From Halobacteroidaceae bacterium (GTDB taxonomy: Bacteria; Bacillota; Halanaerobiia; B1SED10-174), in the NCBI GenBank assembly GCA_003551665.1, contig PUNE01000124.1, positions 19,720 to 83,719 of the forward strand: a DNA stretch of 64,000 nucleotides. The letters are read 5' to 3'. Below are positions 1-9,783 of the stretch, piece by piece. How positions within the stretch are numbered: position 1 is the stretch's first letter; each line of letters begins with the position of its first letter. The translations under genes and the position numbers were made by a program. Below the pieces are notes generated by a model that did no database searches, was not told where the DNA came from, and saw nothing but the letters and a program-made list of their open reading frames with translations.

Positions 1-1
1 G

Positions 2-319
2 ATTATCAGGAATGCTATCCAGTCTGCCTTTAAAGATCCCCGTTTTTCACCAGTGAGCAGGAGTGAGTTGCAGGACCTGGTTTTTTCCGTGGATATAATT
101 CATCCCCCTGAACCTGTTGAAAGTATGGATCAACTTGATCACAAAGAATACGGGGTGATCGTGGAAAAGGGAGGCCAAAAAGGAGTCCTGCTTCCGGACC
201 TGGAAGGAATTAATTCGGTGGAAGAGCAGCTGGAAATAGCCAGAATGAAGGCGGGTTTGACCGGGGTTTCCGATTTTTTGCTGAAAAGGTTTCGAGTTGA
301 AAGGTTTATACAGGAGTGA
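2..319 (+). CDS. amrA: AmmeMemoRadiSam system protein A (AMMECR1 domain), 5'-truncated by window edge
   Basis: Frame open from position 2 (IIRNAIQSAFKDPRFSPV...). DPRF motif, YGVIVE..G..GVLLPDLEG and EQL.IA..KAG are typical of the AMMECR1 C-terminus. Lies directly before the AmmeMemoRadiSam radical SAM gene. Confidence 0.85.
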   Translation: MIRNAIQSAFKDPRFSPVSRSELQDLVFSVDIIHPPEPVESMDQLDHKEYGVIVEKGGQKGVLLPDLEGINSVEEQLEIARMKAGLTGVSDFLLKRFRVERFIQE

Positions 320-339
320 ATATTTTTTTAGTTGCAGGC

Positions 340-364
340 AGGAAGTTTGGTAAGTAGAGGGAAT
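340..364 (+). promoter_or_regulatory. Putative sigmaH-type promoter (AGGA-N17-GAAT)
   Basis: GCAGGAAGT at about 338-346 and GAAT at 361-364, matching the B. subtilis sigmaH consensus; GGGAGG RBS follows. Confidence 0.45.
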
Positions 365-389
365 ATAATAATGTTGGGAGGAAAAATCC

Positions 390-1370
390 TTGCAGGAAGC
401 AGCCTTTTATAAGCCGGAAGATAAGGGTTTCCGCTGCGAATTATGTCCCCATTCCTGTTTCCTTGATACTGATTCAACTGGTCTTTGCGGGGTTCGAAAG
501 AATATTGGTGATAAGGTGGTTGCCCTTAATTATGGTAAACTGGCTGCCCTTGCCCTTGATCCAATAGAAAAAAAACCCCTTTATCATTTTTTCCCGGGAA
601 AATTCATTCTTTCAGCAGGTACATTCGGCTGTAATTTTAATTGTGGTTTCTGCCAGAACTGGGCTTTAGCCAGGGGTAAAGTTTCGACACAGGATATTAC
701 GAGATTGGACCTGCTTTCTCACGTCCAGAAGCCGGGCAATATTGGTCTGGCTTTTACCTATGCCGAACCCCTGATGTGGTACGAATTTTTGCGGGAGGTG
801 CTTCCCCGGCTAAAAGAAAAAGGGCAAAAAACTGTCCTGGTTACCAATGGTTATATAAACCCTGCTCCCCTGGAAGAAATTCTTCCTTTTGTAGATGCAG
901 TGAATATTGATATCAAAACCTTTTCAACGGGAACCTATTTCCGCTACTGCCAGGGGAATTTAAACCGGGTTCTGAAAAATACTGTTCTTTTTGCCAGGTC
1001 CTGTCACGTAGAAATTACCACCCTGATAATTCCAGGGGTTAATGACAGTAATGCTGAAATAGGGAGACTTGTGGACTGGATTTACGAAAACCTGGGAAAA
1101 GAGACCCCCTTCCACCTGTCCCGCTATTTCCCGGCTTTCAAATTTACCACACCTCCTACCAGCATATCTAAACTGGAGGAGCTTTACCACCTGGCAGGAG
1201 AAAAGCTATCCTATGTATACCTGGGAAATATCGCAGATGTGCGTTATCAGCATACCTATTGTCCAGGGTGCGGCTATGTGGTAATCAAGAGAGGTTTTCC
1301 AATTGAAATCGATCTTGAACAGGGAAACACCTGCCCCAGTTGTGGGCAGTTCATCAATATAATCAATTGA
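390..1370 (+). CDS. amrS: AmmeMemoRadiSam system radical SAM enzyme
   Basis: N-terminal CELCPHSC...GLCGVR, DPIEKKPLYHF, radical SAM CNFNCGFCQNW, C-terminal CPGC/CPSC zinc ribbon; TTG start after GGGAGG. Confidence 0.9.
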   Translation: MQEAAFYKPEDKGFRCELCPHSCFLDTDSTGLCGVRKNIGDKVVALNYGKLAALALDPIEKKPLYHFFPGKFILSAGTFGCNFNCGFCQNWALARGKVSTQDITRLDLLSHVQKPGNIGLAFTYAEPLMWYEFLREVLPRLKEKGQKTVLVTNGYINPAPLEEILPFVDAVNIDIKTFSTGTYFRYCQGNLNRVLKNTVLFARSCHVEITTLIIPGVNDSNAEIGRLVDWIYENLGKETPFHLSRYFPAFKFTTPPTSISKLEELYHLAGEKLSYVYLGNIADVRYQHTYCPGCGYVVIKRGFPIEIDLEQGNTCPSCGQFINIIN

Positions 1371-1382
1371 GGAGGGACTTAA

Positions 1383-2699
1383 ATGAAACAAAAAGTTCTA
1401 ATTATGGGAGCAGCCGGGAGGGATTTTCATAATTTTAATACCTACTTCCGCGACAACGAAAATTATGAGGTGGTTGCCTTTACAGCAACCCAGATACCGG
1501 ATATCCACGGTAGAAAGTATCCTGGAACGCTGGCAGGACCACTTTACCCCGATGGGATTCCCATTTATGATGAATCTGAAATGGTTCGCCTGATCAAGGA
1601 AGAAAAAATTGACCAGGTTGTATTTGCTTACAGTGATATTTCTCATCAGGAAGTAATGAACAAAGGTTCAGTGGCCATGGCTGCCGGTGCGGATTTCCGG
1701 TTAATGGGACCTGATACAACCATGCTGAAGGCCAATGTTCCTGTAGTTGCTGTCTGTGCTGTCAGAACTGGAGTTGGCAAGAGCCAGACAACTCGCCGGG
1801 TAGCAAAGATAATGCAGGACGAAGGGAAAAAAGTAGTTATAATCCGCCATCCAATGCCCTATGGCGACCTGGCCAAACAAACCTGCCAGCGATTTGCTGA
1901 TTATGATGACCTGGATAAGCACGACTGCACCATTGAAGAACGAGAAGAATATGAACCCCATATTGACAATGGTTTTGTTGTTTTTGCAGGTGTTGATTAT
2001 CAGGAAATCCTGAAAGAAGCCGAAAAAGAAGCAGATGTTATTCTCTGGGATGGAGGGAATAATGACCTGCCCTTCTTCCGTCCCGACCTGTTCATTACCC
2101 TGGTTGATCCCCACAGGCCTGGCGACGAACTGTCCTACTATCCTGGTGAAACAAATCTGCGCATGGCTGATGTGGTGGTGATTAACAAGATCGAAACCAG
2201 CTACCCCGAAAAAGTTGAACAGGTGCGGGTCAATGTCCGTAAGGCCAACCCTGATGCAATTGTTGTAGAGGCAGCCTCCCCCATTTTTGTGGAAAATTCT
2301 CAGGAGCTAAGCGGAAAGAGGATCCTGGTAGTAGAGGATGGTCCAACACTGACCCATGGAAACATGGCTTATGGAGCGGGAGCTATTGCCGCTCGCAAGT
2401 ATGGAGCAAAAGAACTTGTTGATCCCCGCCCATACGCTGTTGGTTCATTAGTTGATACTTTTGATAAGTACAACCACCTTTCCGATATTTTGCCAGCAAT
2501 GGGCTACGGGCGAAATCAGATGGATGAACTTGAGGAAACAATTGCCCGGGCCGAAGCTGATGCAGTTTTAATTGGGACTCCCATTGACCTGCGGCGGCTG
2601 GTGAAAATTGATAAACCAGCCTACAGGGTTCGGTACGAATTGCAGGAAATTGGAGAACCGAATCTTAAAGACCTTATCCTGAAGCGGCTTTTCCAATAA
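1383..2699 (+). CDS. COG2403 P-loop NTPase of the cyclic 2,3-diphosphoglycerate synthetase family; probable arginine synthetase (ArcE-like)
   Basis: GAAGRDFHNFN, FTATQIP, P-loop AVRTGVGKS, RHPMPYG, TIEEREEYE, WDGGNND and EDGPTLTHG motifs. Confidence 0.8.
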   Translation: MKQKVLIMGAAGRDFHNFNTYFRDNENYEVVAFTATQIPDIHGRKYPGTLAGPLYPDGIPIYDESEMVRLIKEEKIDQVVFAYSDISHQEVMNKGSVAMAAGADFRLMGPDTTMLKANVPVVAVCAVRTGVGKSQTTRRVAKIMQDEGKKVVIIRHPMPYGDLAKQTCQRFADYDDLDKHDCTIEEREEYEPHIDNGFVVFAGVDYQEILKEAEKEADVILWDGGNNDLPFFRPDLFITLVDPHRPGDELSYYPGETNLRMADVVVINKIETSYPEKVEQVRVNVRKANPDAIVVEAASPIFVENSQELSGKRILVVEDGPTLTHGNMAYGAGAIAARKYGAKELVDPRPYAVGSLVDTFDKYNHLSDILPAMGYGRNQMDELEETIARAEADAVLIGTPIDLRRLVKIDKPAYRVRYELQEIGEPNLKDLILKRLFQ

Positions 2700-2701
2700 A
2701 G

Positions 2702-2738
2702 AAAAAACCCTGCAGTTGTTGAACTGCAGGGTTTTTTT
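2702..2738. terminator. Bidirectional intrinsic terminator
   Basis: AAAAAACCCTGCAGTT-gttg-AACTGCAGGGTTTTTT hairpin between convergent genes. Confidence 0.85.
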
Positions 2739-3696
2739 ATCCAAATTTTTTCACCGCCCTGGTGATCCTGGTCATGATGTCTTCAGTTATTTTTTCCTTA
2801 ACAGAAACAGCTTTGATATTTTCTTCAATTTGATCCTTGTTGGTGGCACCAAAAACAACGGAATTAACCTTTTGATTTTTTAAACACCAAGCAACAGCAA
2901 GCTTTGACAGTGAACTATCAAGGTTATGGGCAATTTCTTTTAATTCATCGATTATTTTTAGATTCTTTTCTTCCAGGTAACCTTCCTGGGAAAGCCACTG
3001 GAATTTACCGATGCGACTTCCCTTGGGGATGCCCTCCTGGTATTTTCCAGTAAGGACGCCTGCATAAAGGGCATAATAGGTAGTTAACCCCATACCATAT
3101 TTGGGATACAGGGGGGCATATTCCTCTTCAACCCTTTTTCGGGAAAAGATGTTATACTTAACCTGCTCGACCAGTGGAGGGACTGCGTTTAACTCCCGGG
3201 CAGCATTGTAAGCCTTCTCGATCTGACTTCGCGACCATTCCGAAGTTCCCCAGTAGCGAATTTTTCCTTCGTGGACCAGGTGGTCCATGGCCCGCACTGT
3301 TTCATGGATTGAAGTATCAGGATCGTAACCATGGCAGTAAAGGATGTCTACATAATCAGTTCGCAGCCGACGCAGGCTATTATGAAGGCCATCAACGATG
3401 TGCTTATGGTTAAGTCCTTTCTGGCTTGGCTTGGTTCCCCCGTACATTACCTTGGTGCCGATAATGAACTGGTCCCGGGGTACATAGCGCATAAGTTCCC
3501 CAATAATTAGTTCGGCCTTACCCAGGCCATACTGTTCGGAAGTGTCAATATAATTAATTCCTCCATTCAGTGCTGCTTCAAGGCATTCCCAAATAGTATG
3601 CAGGTTGTCATGCTGGCAGAAAAAACTGTACTGCGAAGAGCCCAGGCCGAGGGCACTGACCTTTAACCCAGATCTACCTAAAGAATTATAGTCCAT
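2737..3696 (-). CDS. Aldo/keto reductase (Kv-beta/Tas-like family)
   Basis: LGRSGLKVSALGLG, GINYIDTSEQYG, SLRRLRTDYVD, GKIRYWGTSEW. Confidence 0.9.
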   Translation of the reverse strand: MDYNSLGRSGLKVSALGLGSSQYSFFCQHDNLHTIWECLEAALNGGINYIDTSEQYGLGKAELIIGELMRYVPRDQFIIGTKVMYGGTKPSQKGLNHKHIVDGLHNSLRRLRTDYVDILYCHGYDPDTSIHETVRAMDHLVHEGKIRYWGTSEWSRSQIEKAYNAARELNAVPPLVEQVKYNIFSRKRVEEEYAPLYPKYGMGLTTYYALYAGVLTGKYQEGIPKGSRIGKFQWLSQEGYLEEKNLKIIDELKEIAHNLDSSLSKLAVAWCLKNQKVNSVVFGATNKDQIEENIKAVSVKEKITEDIMTRITRAVKKFG

Positions 3697-3895
3697 AACA
3701 GCCTCCTTTTTGCAGGTTATAATTTATCTTATTAACTAAAAATCAAAAAAATCCTGTTTCCAGTTGCAAAACTTATTAAAGGGTTTGAACCTTTTTTACC
3801 GTAATTATATGCAGAGGGAATTGTGATTTCAAGGCAATGCATCCCGAATGGTTTGCCTTCTTGCATCAATATTATGAGGTGAGGAGTGATCTTTT

Positions 3896-4933
3896 TTGGC
3901 AACAACAATGAAAGCACTGATGAAGAAAAATGCTTCGGCCGGAGCTTCCCTGGAACAGGTGCCCATCCCCAAGATTAAGGCCGGGGAAGTTCTGGTAAAG
4001 GTGAAGGCTGCGGCAATTTGTGGCACGGATGCACATATTTATTCCTGGGACCAGTGGGCTGACGCTAGAATAAAACCCCCCCTGATTTTTGGCCACGAGT
4101 TCTGCGGGGAAATAGTTGAGGTCGGACCAGGGGTAGAGGACCTGCAAAAAGGGACCGTTGTATCAGCTGAAGGCCACTTTATTTGCGGGAAATGTTTTTT
4201 CTGCCGAACAGGCCAGGGACATATCTGCCAGGACGTGGAGATTATCGGGGTTGATACCGATGGTTGTTTTGCGGAATTTGTACGGGTCCCTGCAGAGAAC
4301 ATATGGGTGATGGACCCCTCTGTTCCCGAGGATATTGCTGCCATCCAGGATCCGGTAGGCAATGCAGTCCATGCGGCTCTTATTGATGAAGTTGTTGGGA
4401 ACAATATTTTAATAACTGGATGTGGGCCCATTGGTCTGGCTGCAGTTGCTATCTGCCGGTTTGCAGGGGCTAAAAAGATTTTTGTAACGGATGTTAACCC
4501 TTATCGCCTGGACCTTGCTCGCAAACTGGGGGCTGATTTTGCCTATAACGTTACAGAAACGGGCTTTGTTCAGGAAGTTTTAAAAGAAACCAGAGGCCTG
4601 GGGGCTGATGTTTTCCTGGAAATGGCAGGAAAGGAGAAGGCCATCAACGACGGCTTTAAGGCCCTGCGCAAAGGGGGATGGATTTCACTTCTGGGAATTA
4701 CAGATGGCAATGTTAGCCTTGATATTAATGACGGACTTGTTTTCAAGGGGGCAAAACTCTACGGAATAAACGGGAGATTGATGTTTGACACCTGGTACAA
4801 GATGGAAGCCCTTTTAACATCAGGGCTGGATTTAAAACCCCTTGTAACTCACTCCTTTTCTTTTGAAGAATTTGAAGAAGCCTTTGAACTGGTTCTTTCC
4901 GGTTCTTGTGGCAAAGTGATTCTATACCCGTAA
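3896..4933 (+). CDS. tdh: L-threonine 3-dehydrogenase
   Basis: Zn-ADH motifs ICGTDAH, GHEFCG, CGKCFFCRTGQGHIC, GCGPIG, GINGRLMFDTW; adjacent to kbl. Confidence 0.93.
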   Translation: MATTMKALMKKNASAGASLEQVPIPKIKAGEVLVKVKAAAICGTDAHIYSWDQWADARIKPPLIFGHEFCGEIVEVGPGVEDLQKGTVVSAEGHFICGKCFFCRTGQGHICQDVEIIGVDTDGCFAEFVRVPAENIWVMDPSVPEDIAAIQDPVGNAVHAALIDEVVGNNILITGCGPIGLAAVAICRFAGAKKIFVTDVNPYRLDLARKLGADFAYNVTETGFVQEVLKETRGLGADVFLEMAGKEKAINDGFKALRKGGWISLLGITDGNVSLDINDGLVFKGAKLYGINGRLMFDTWYKMEALLTSGLDLKPLVTHSFSFEEFEEAFELVLSGSCGKVILYP

Positions 4934-4945
4934 GGAGGATCCAAG

Positions 4946-6124
4946 ATGACAGATGGAAAAATGGATTTTATCGGTCAGGAACTGCAGAAATTAAAGGAGG
5001 AAGGGCTTTACAAGGAAATTAAGACCCTTGAAAGTTCTCAGGGAGCATGGGTGCAGATTAAAGGAGAGAAAGTCCTTAATTTCTGTTCAAATAATTATCT
5101 TGGTTTTGCAGCCCATGATAGGATAAAAGAGGCTGCGAAAAAAGCAATCGATAGGTACGGAGTAGGGCCGGGTGCAGTCCGGCCAATTGCCGGAACAATG
5201 ACAATTCACGAGGAACTGGAAAAGGAACTGGCAGAATTCAAAGGGGCTGAGGCAACCCTGGTCCTTCAATCAGGATTTTGCGCAAATCTTGCTGCCATCC
5301 CCGCTCTGGCCGAAAAGGGCGATACCATTATCAGTGATGAACTCAACCATGCCAGTATAATTGATGGCTCCCGCCTGAGCAGAGCAAACAAAAAAGTTTA
5401 TCCCCACAACGACATGGAAGGACTGGAGAAGGTTCTCCAGGAAACCCCTGAAGGGAAAAAACTCATTATAACAGACGGGGTTTTCAGTATGGATGGGGAT
5501 ATTGCCCCCCTGCCGGAAATAGTTGAACTGGCCGAAAAGTATGGAGCAATGACCTTTGTTGACGACGCTCATGGCGAAGGAGTTGTTGGGCGTTCCGGGC
5601 GGGGAATAGTTGATCACTTTGATCTCCATGGCCGGGTAGATGTCGAAGTGGGTACCTTTTCCAAGGCTTTGGGTGTTATGGGAGGGGTAATTGCAGGGAG
5701 CAGGGAACTAATCGAATACATTATCCAGAAGGGTAGACCTTTTACCTTCAGTTCTGCCCTGACAGTTCCCGATACTGCAGCCACGCTGGAAGCCGTTCGG
5801 ATTCTTTCCGAAAGTGATGAACTGGTAGAAAAACTCTGGGATAATGCCCGCTACTTCCAGAAAGGAATCAAAGAGATTGGCCTGGATACAGGCGTGACGG
5901 AAACTCCAATTACTCCGGTAATGATTGGAGAGGCCCACCAGGCCGCGGAATTCAGCAAACGCCTCCTGGAGGAGAAAATTTTCGCCCAGTCTATTGGTTT
6001 CCCCCTGGTGCCCAGGGGGAAGGCCAGGATCAGGGTTATGATCTCTGCTACTCACAGTAAATCCGACCTTGACTTTGCCCTGGAGAAATTCAAGAAAATC
6101 GGCAGAGAGCTAAAGCTTGTTTAA
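4946..6124 (+). CDS. kbl: Glycine C-acetyltransferase (2-amino-3-ketobutyrate CoA ligase)
   Basis: [39 protein letters not shown] lysine in GTFSKALG; in an operon with tdh. Confidence 0.92.
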   Translation: MTDGKMDFIGQELQKLKEEGLYKEIKTLESSQGAWVQIKGEKVLNFCSNNYLGFAAHDRIKEAAKKAIDRYGVGPGAVRPIAGTMTIHEELEKELAEFKGAEATLVLQSGFCANLAAIPALAEKGDTIISDELNHASIIDGSRLSRANKKVYPHNDMEGLEKVLQETPEGKKLIITDGVFSMDGDIAPLPEIVELAEKYGAMTFVDDAHGEGVVGRSGRGIVDHFDLHGRVDVEVGTFSKALGVMGGVIAGSRELIEYIIQKGRPFTFSSALTVPDTAATLEAVRILSESDELVEKLWDNARYFQKGIKEIGLDTGVTETPITPVMIGEAHQAAEFSKRLLEEKIFAQSIGFPLVPRGKARIRVMISATHSKSDLDFALEKFKKIGRELKLV

Positions 6125-6158
6125 AAAAAGGCGGGGCCAATTTGAGCCCCGCCTTTTT
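6125..6158. terminator. Bidirectional intrinsic terminator
   Basis: AAAAAGGCGGGGC-N8-GCCCCGCCTTTTT. Confidence 0.85.
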
Positions 6159-6867
6159 ACATGGAAAAATATTCCCATCCCACTGCATACACGGTTAGCC
6201 CGGCTTTAACCAGGGTCAGGTAAACTACACCCGGCCAAAGGCTTTCCCGACTGATATAGCAGTAGTAGAGGCCGAGGGCAAGAACAAAATGAAATATTGG
6301 CCACCCGGAATGGAGGGGACCCCAGAAGATTGCAAAAAAAACTGAGCTCAGGAAGGCTCCGCTGAAGGTTCCCCACTTGCGGTGAAAGTAACCCCCGATT
6401 ATGGCTCGAAAATAAAGCTCTGTTCCCAGGGCAGGGAGGAAAAAGAGGGCACTGTAGCCGATAAGGTAGAGGAAGGATACCGGTAAATCTTCAGCACCAC
6501 CAATGGAGAAAACAGGGGAAAAATCCGGTGGGCTCTCCCCTGCCGTAAGAGGGTAATTGATCAGGAAAATAGCAAGCAGAACCATGGGTATGCCCAGTTT
6601 CAGGCCTAGGACAGCCCCAGTTTTTAATTTTTCCAGGGTCAAACCAAGGTAAGGAGGGGGGACTTCGTACAAGAAAAAGAGCCAGAAAAAAACAATCCCA
6701 AAAAAGATAAGATATCCCCCGACTGGGAACAAAAAGCCGATAAAGTGTTCTCCTTCAACCAGAACCTCATGGGCCCAGAGGGACAGTTCCCGGGTAAGGA
6801 AGAAAATAAACTGCAGGATTATTATGTCTTTTATATTCCAGAGTGAATGTTGAGTTATTTTGACCAT
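6157..6867 (-). CDS. CPBP/Abi (CAAX protease-like) family membrane protein with degenerate motifs
   Basis: Multi-TM protein. GTELYFRA resembles EExxFR, SSVFFAIFW resembles SSxxFxxxH, and SRESLWPG resembles the family C-terminal motif. Confidence 0.65.
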   Translation of the reverse strand: MVKITQHSLWNIKDIIILQFIFFLTRELSLWAHEVLVEGEHFIGFLFPVGGYLIFFGIVFFWLFFLYEVPPPYLGLTLEKLKTGAVLGLKLGIPMVLLAIFLINYPLTAGESPPDFSPVFSIGGAEDLPVSFLYLIGYSALFFLPALGTELYFRAIIGGYFHRKWGTFSGAFLSSVFFAIFWGPLHSGWPIFHFVLALGLYYCYISRESLWPGVVYLTLVKAGLTVYAVGWEYFSM

Positions 6868-6965
6868 TTTTTCACCTCAAAGAAAAGCTTAGACATCGGG
6901 GGTTGATTTCCCTTCTGGAAAGGACTTTTTAGTAACCATGTGGAAATAATATTCAAAGGAGAAGG

Positions 6966-7757
6966 GTGCTTATGTTCTGGACTGCTGCCATCAGGGATAT
7001 TATTGATATTTTAATTGTGGCCTATGTTTTCTACCGACTGATTCTGCTTATCAAGGGAACCAGGGCGGTAGAACTACTCAAGGGGCTGGTTGTCCTGTTT
7101 ATTACCGCCCTGGTTAGTGACTGGCTGGGTTTTACAACCATCAGCTGGATACTCCGGAATGTAATGACCTTTTTGGTTGTTGCCCTGCCCATTGTTTTTC
7201 AGCCTGAACTTCGCCGGGCTCTCGAACACCTTGGCCGGGGAAGATTTTTCAATCCCGGAGCAGTAGACCGAGAAAGGACGAGCAGAGAAATTGCCTCGGC
7301 TTCGTTTACTCTCTCCGAAAAGGGCTGGGGAGGAATAATCGTAATAGAGAGAGAAACCGGATTAAAGGATTATATTGAAGAGGGGACAATGCTGGATAGT
7401 GAAATTTCTGCCAATTTGCTTGTGGGGCTGTTTTCTCCACAAAACCCCCTGCATGATGGAGCAGTAATAATCAGCAATGGAAGAATAAAAGCGGCTTCCT
7501 GTGTGCTTCCACTGGCAGAAACAAGCAAAATGAAAGGACCTGTGGGGACAAGGCACCGGGCAGGCATTGGAATTACTGAGCATTCAGATGCTCTTGCCCT
7601 GGTTATTTCTGAAGAAACCGGAACTGTAAGCCTGATTGATTCCGGAAGGATGCGCCGCTTTTTTGACCAGGATAGCCTGAAGGAAAAACTGGAAAAGGAA
7701 ATGAAAAGGGTGCTTGACGAAAAGAATATTTTCCGTCAGTGGAGGGTTAATGTATGA
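6966..7757 (+). CDS. cdaA: Diadenylate cyclase CdaA
   Basis: Three N-terminal TM segments, IVFQPELRRALEHLG, PLHDGA, GTRHRA, SEETG; cdaA-cdaR-glmM synteny. Confidence 0.95.
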   Translation: MLMFWTAAIRDIIDILIVAYVFYRLILLIKGTRAVELLKGLVVLFITALVSDWLGFTTISWILRNVMTFLVVALPIVFQPELRRALEHLGRGRFFNPGAVDRERTSREIASASFTLSEKGWGGIIVIERETGLKDYIEEGTMLDSEISANLLVGLFSPQNPLHDGAVIISNGRIKAASCVLPLAETSKMKGPVGTRHRAGIGITEHSDALALVISEETGTVSLIDSGRMRRFFDQDSLKEKLEKEMKRVLDEKNIFRQWRVNV

Positions 7758-8137
7758 CCGAGGACAGGAAGTTAAAATTAACAGCCCTTTTACTTGCCCT
7801 ACTCCTCTGGCTATATGTTAGTGGTCTGGGGTGGCCAATTTTTGGACTTGTTGATAATGATCCCGAAAGGAAGGTTATCAGTATCCCCCTGCAGGTTGAA
7901 AACCTCTCTGAAGGCCTGGAAACCAATTTGCTGCCCGAAAAGGTAAGGGTGGGAATTATTGACCCGGATTCTTCCGAGGAAGAACTTCAGAATTACCTTG
8001 GAGCATTTCTGGACCTGGGGTATGCAGTTCCAGGGGAATACTTGTTTCCAGTGGTCCTTGATAATCCCCAGGGTTGGGAAATCGATTATGTTTCCCCCGA
8101 GAGTATCCAGGTTCGAGTCAGGGAGAAGGAACAGTAA
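7754..8137 (+). CDS. cdaR: CdaR/YbbR-like regulator, short single-domain form
   Basis: KLTALLLALLLWLYV N-terminal anchor, one YbbR-like domain ending in YVSPESIQV; overlaps the cdaA stop. Confidence 0.7.
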   Translation: MTEDRKLKLTALLLALLLWLYVSGLGWPIFGLVDNDPERKVISIPLQVENLSEGLETNLLPEKVRVGIIDPDSSEEELQNYLGAFLDLGYAVPGEYLFPVVLDNPQGWEIDYVSPESIQVRVREKEQ

Positions 8138-8436
8138 CCGGGCTATCAAGGTCATAGCGGGCTGGTCTTTTCTGGTTAAGGAAATTTTTCTCCAAATGTT
8201 GTCGAAGCCAGATTTTTGGGTTATCATTTATTGTCAGTTTTGGAAGGCCCCCTGCTCTGCTTCCGTCAGGAATTAAGGAACTTAATTTTTGTTTCTGTTT
8301 TCTCCACGTTGCAATGATGGGAAGTTCCCCGCTGGTTTTTGTTTAATAAGGCGGGAATTATTTTCGCAATTTCCCCGGAAAATTTTCCAGGGGGAAGCCA
8401 ACCAATATTATTGATTCTGGAAAGGGTGAACCGCTT

Positions 8437-9780
8437 ATGGCTTCAATATTCGGAACAGATGGCGTTCGGGGTGTTGCCAATAGAGAATTAACTCCCGAAC
8501 TTGCTTTGAAACTTGGGTTTGCAGGAGGACGGTACTTATTAAACCAAAATAAGCAGAACTCCAGAGGGAAGGTTCTGATTGGAAGGGACACAAGGCTTTC
8601 GGGAGATATGCTGGAATCAGCCCTTGTAGCAGGCCTTACTGCTGCCGGTCTTGACGTTTACCTGGGGGGAATAATACCCACTCCTGCTGTTGCATACTTA
8701 ACCCGCAGAGGGGATTTTTGTGGAGGGGTAATGATTTCCGCTTCCCACAACCCCATTGCTGATAACGGAATTAAGTTTTTTAATCAGGATGGGAATAAAT
8801 TAACGGATGACCAGGAAGACCACGTAGAAAACTTAATGGAAAATGGAGATAACACCGCCCGACCAGAAGGCAGGGAAGTGGGCAGGAAGGTAGACGCTCC
8901 CCACTTAAAAGAGGAGTACCTGGAATTTTTATGCAGCAGGGCTCAGGGAGACTTCAGTGATTTTTCAGTGGTTCTGGATACCGCATATGGTGCGGCCTGG
9001 GAAATTGCTCCCCGGGTCTGGGAAAGCCTTGGGGCGGAGGTAATCAGCCTTCACGATTCTCCAGCCGGGGAAAAAATAAACTCAAATTGCGGCTCGACTC
9101 ATACCCAGGCCATCCAGAAAGTAATGCAGGAGACCGGCGCAGATTTTGGTTTTGCCTTTGATGGGGATGCTGACCGGGTAATTGCCCTTGACGAAAAGGG
9201 AAATGAACTGGATGGGGATTATATTATGGCCATTTGTGGCTGCCATCTCCTGAAAAAGGGATTGCTTGTAAATAAAACCCTTGTAGCAACAAGATACAGC
9301 AATCAGGGTTTGAAAGAGGCCCTGCAAAAACATGGGGGAGAACTGGTTTTAACCCAGAATGGTGATCGCTATGTCCTGGAAGGATTAAAGGGGAATAATT
9401 TAATCCTGGGAGGAGAAAAATCAGGGCATATTATTTTCCTCAATGAAAATACAACGGGCGATGGCATTCTAACCTCAATTATGCTGGGCAATGTGGTGCT
9501 TTCGGAAAAAGGCAGTTTATCGCAACTGGCCGGGATAATGAAACCCTGGCCCCAGTTGCTTCGTAATGTGAAAGTAAGGAGTAAGGAATGGAAGGAAAAC
9601 CAGAGGATTCAGGAGGTGATAGCAAGGGCAGAAAAACAATTCGGTGAGGAGGGAAGAATTCTGGTTCGGGCATCGGGTACTGAGCCCGTGATCAGGGTAA
9701 TGGTTGAAGGAAAAGAAGGAAAATTTCTTGGTGGAATTCTGGACGATGTAAGCAGGACAATTGAGGAGGAGCTCGGCTAA
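8437..9780 (+). CDS. glmM: Phosphoglucosamine mutase
   Basis: FGTDGVRG, ISASHNP, DGDADR, GGEKSGH, RASGTEP. Confidence 0.96.
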   Translation: MASIFGTDGVRGVANRELTPELALKLGFAGGRYLLNQNKQNSRGKVLIGRDTRLSGDMLESALVAGLTAAGLDVYLGGIIPTPAVAYLTRRGDFCGGVMISASHNPIADNGIKFFNQDGNKLTDDQEDHVENLMENGDNTARPEGREVGRKVDAPHLKEEYLEFLCSRAQGDFSDFSVVLDTAYGAAWEIAPRVWESLGAEVISLHDSPAGEKINSNCGSTHTQAIQKVMQETGADFGFAFDGDADRVIALDEKGNELDGDYIMAICGCHLLKKGLLVNKTLVATRYSNQGLKEALQKHGGELVLTQNGDRYVLEGLKGNNLILGGEKSGHIIFLNENTTGDGILTSIMLGNVVLSEKGSLSQLAGIMKPWPQLLRNVKVRSKEWKENQRIQEVIARAEKQFGEEGRILVRASGTEPVIRVMVEGKEGKFLGGILDDVSRTIEEELG

Positions 9781-9783
9781 AAA

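Noticed and set aside
8138-8436. c-di-AMP riboswitch or other ncRNA between cdaR and glmM
   Set aside because: No recognisable ydaO consensus (GCTGAATCC...GGGGAACC...GGGGTGAA); only generic short hairpins.
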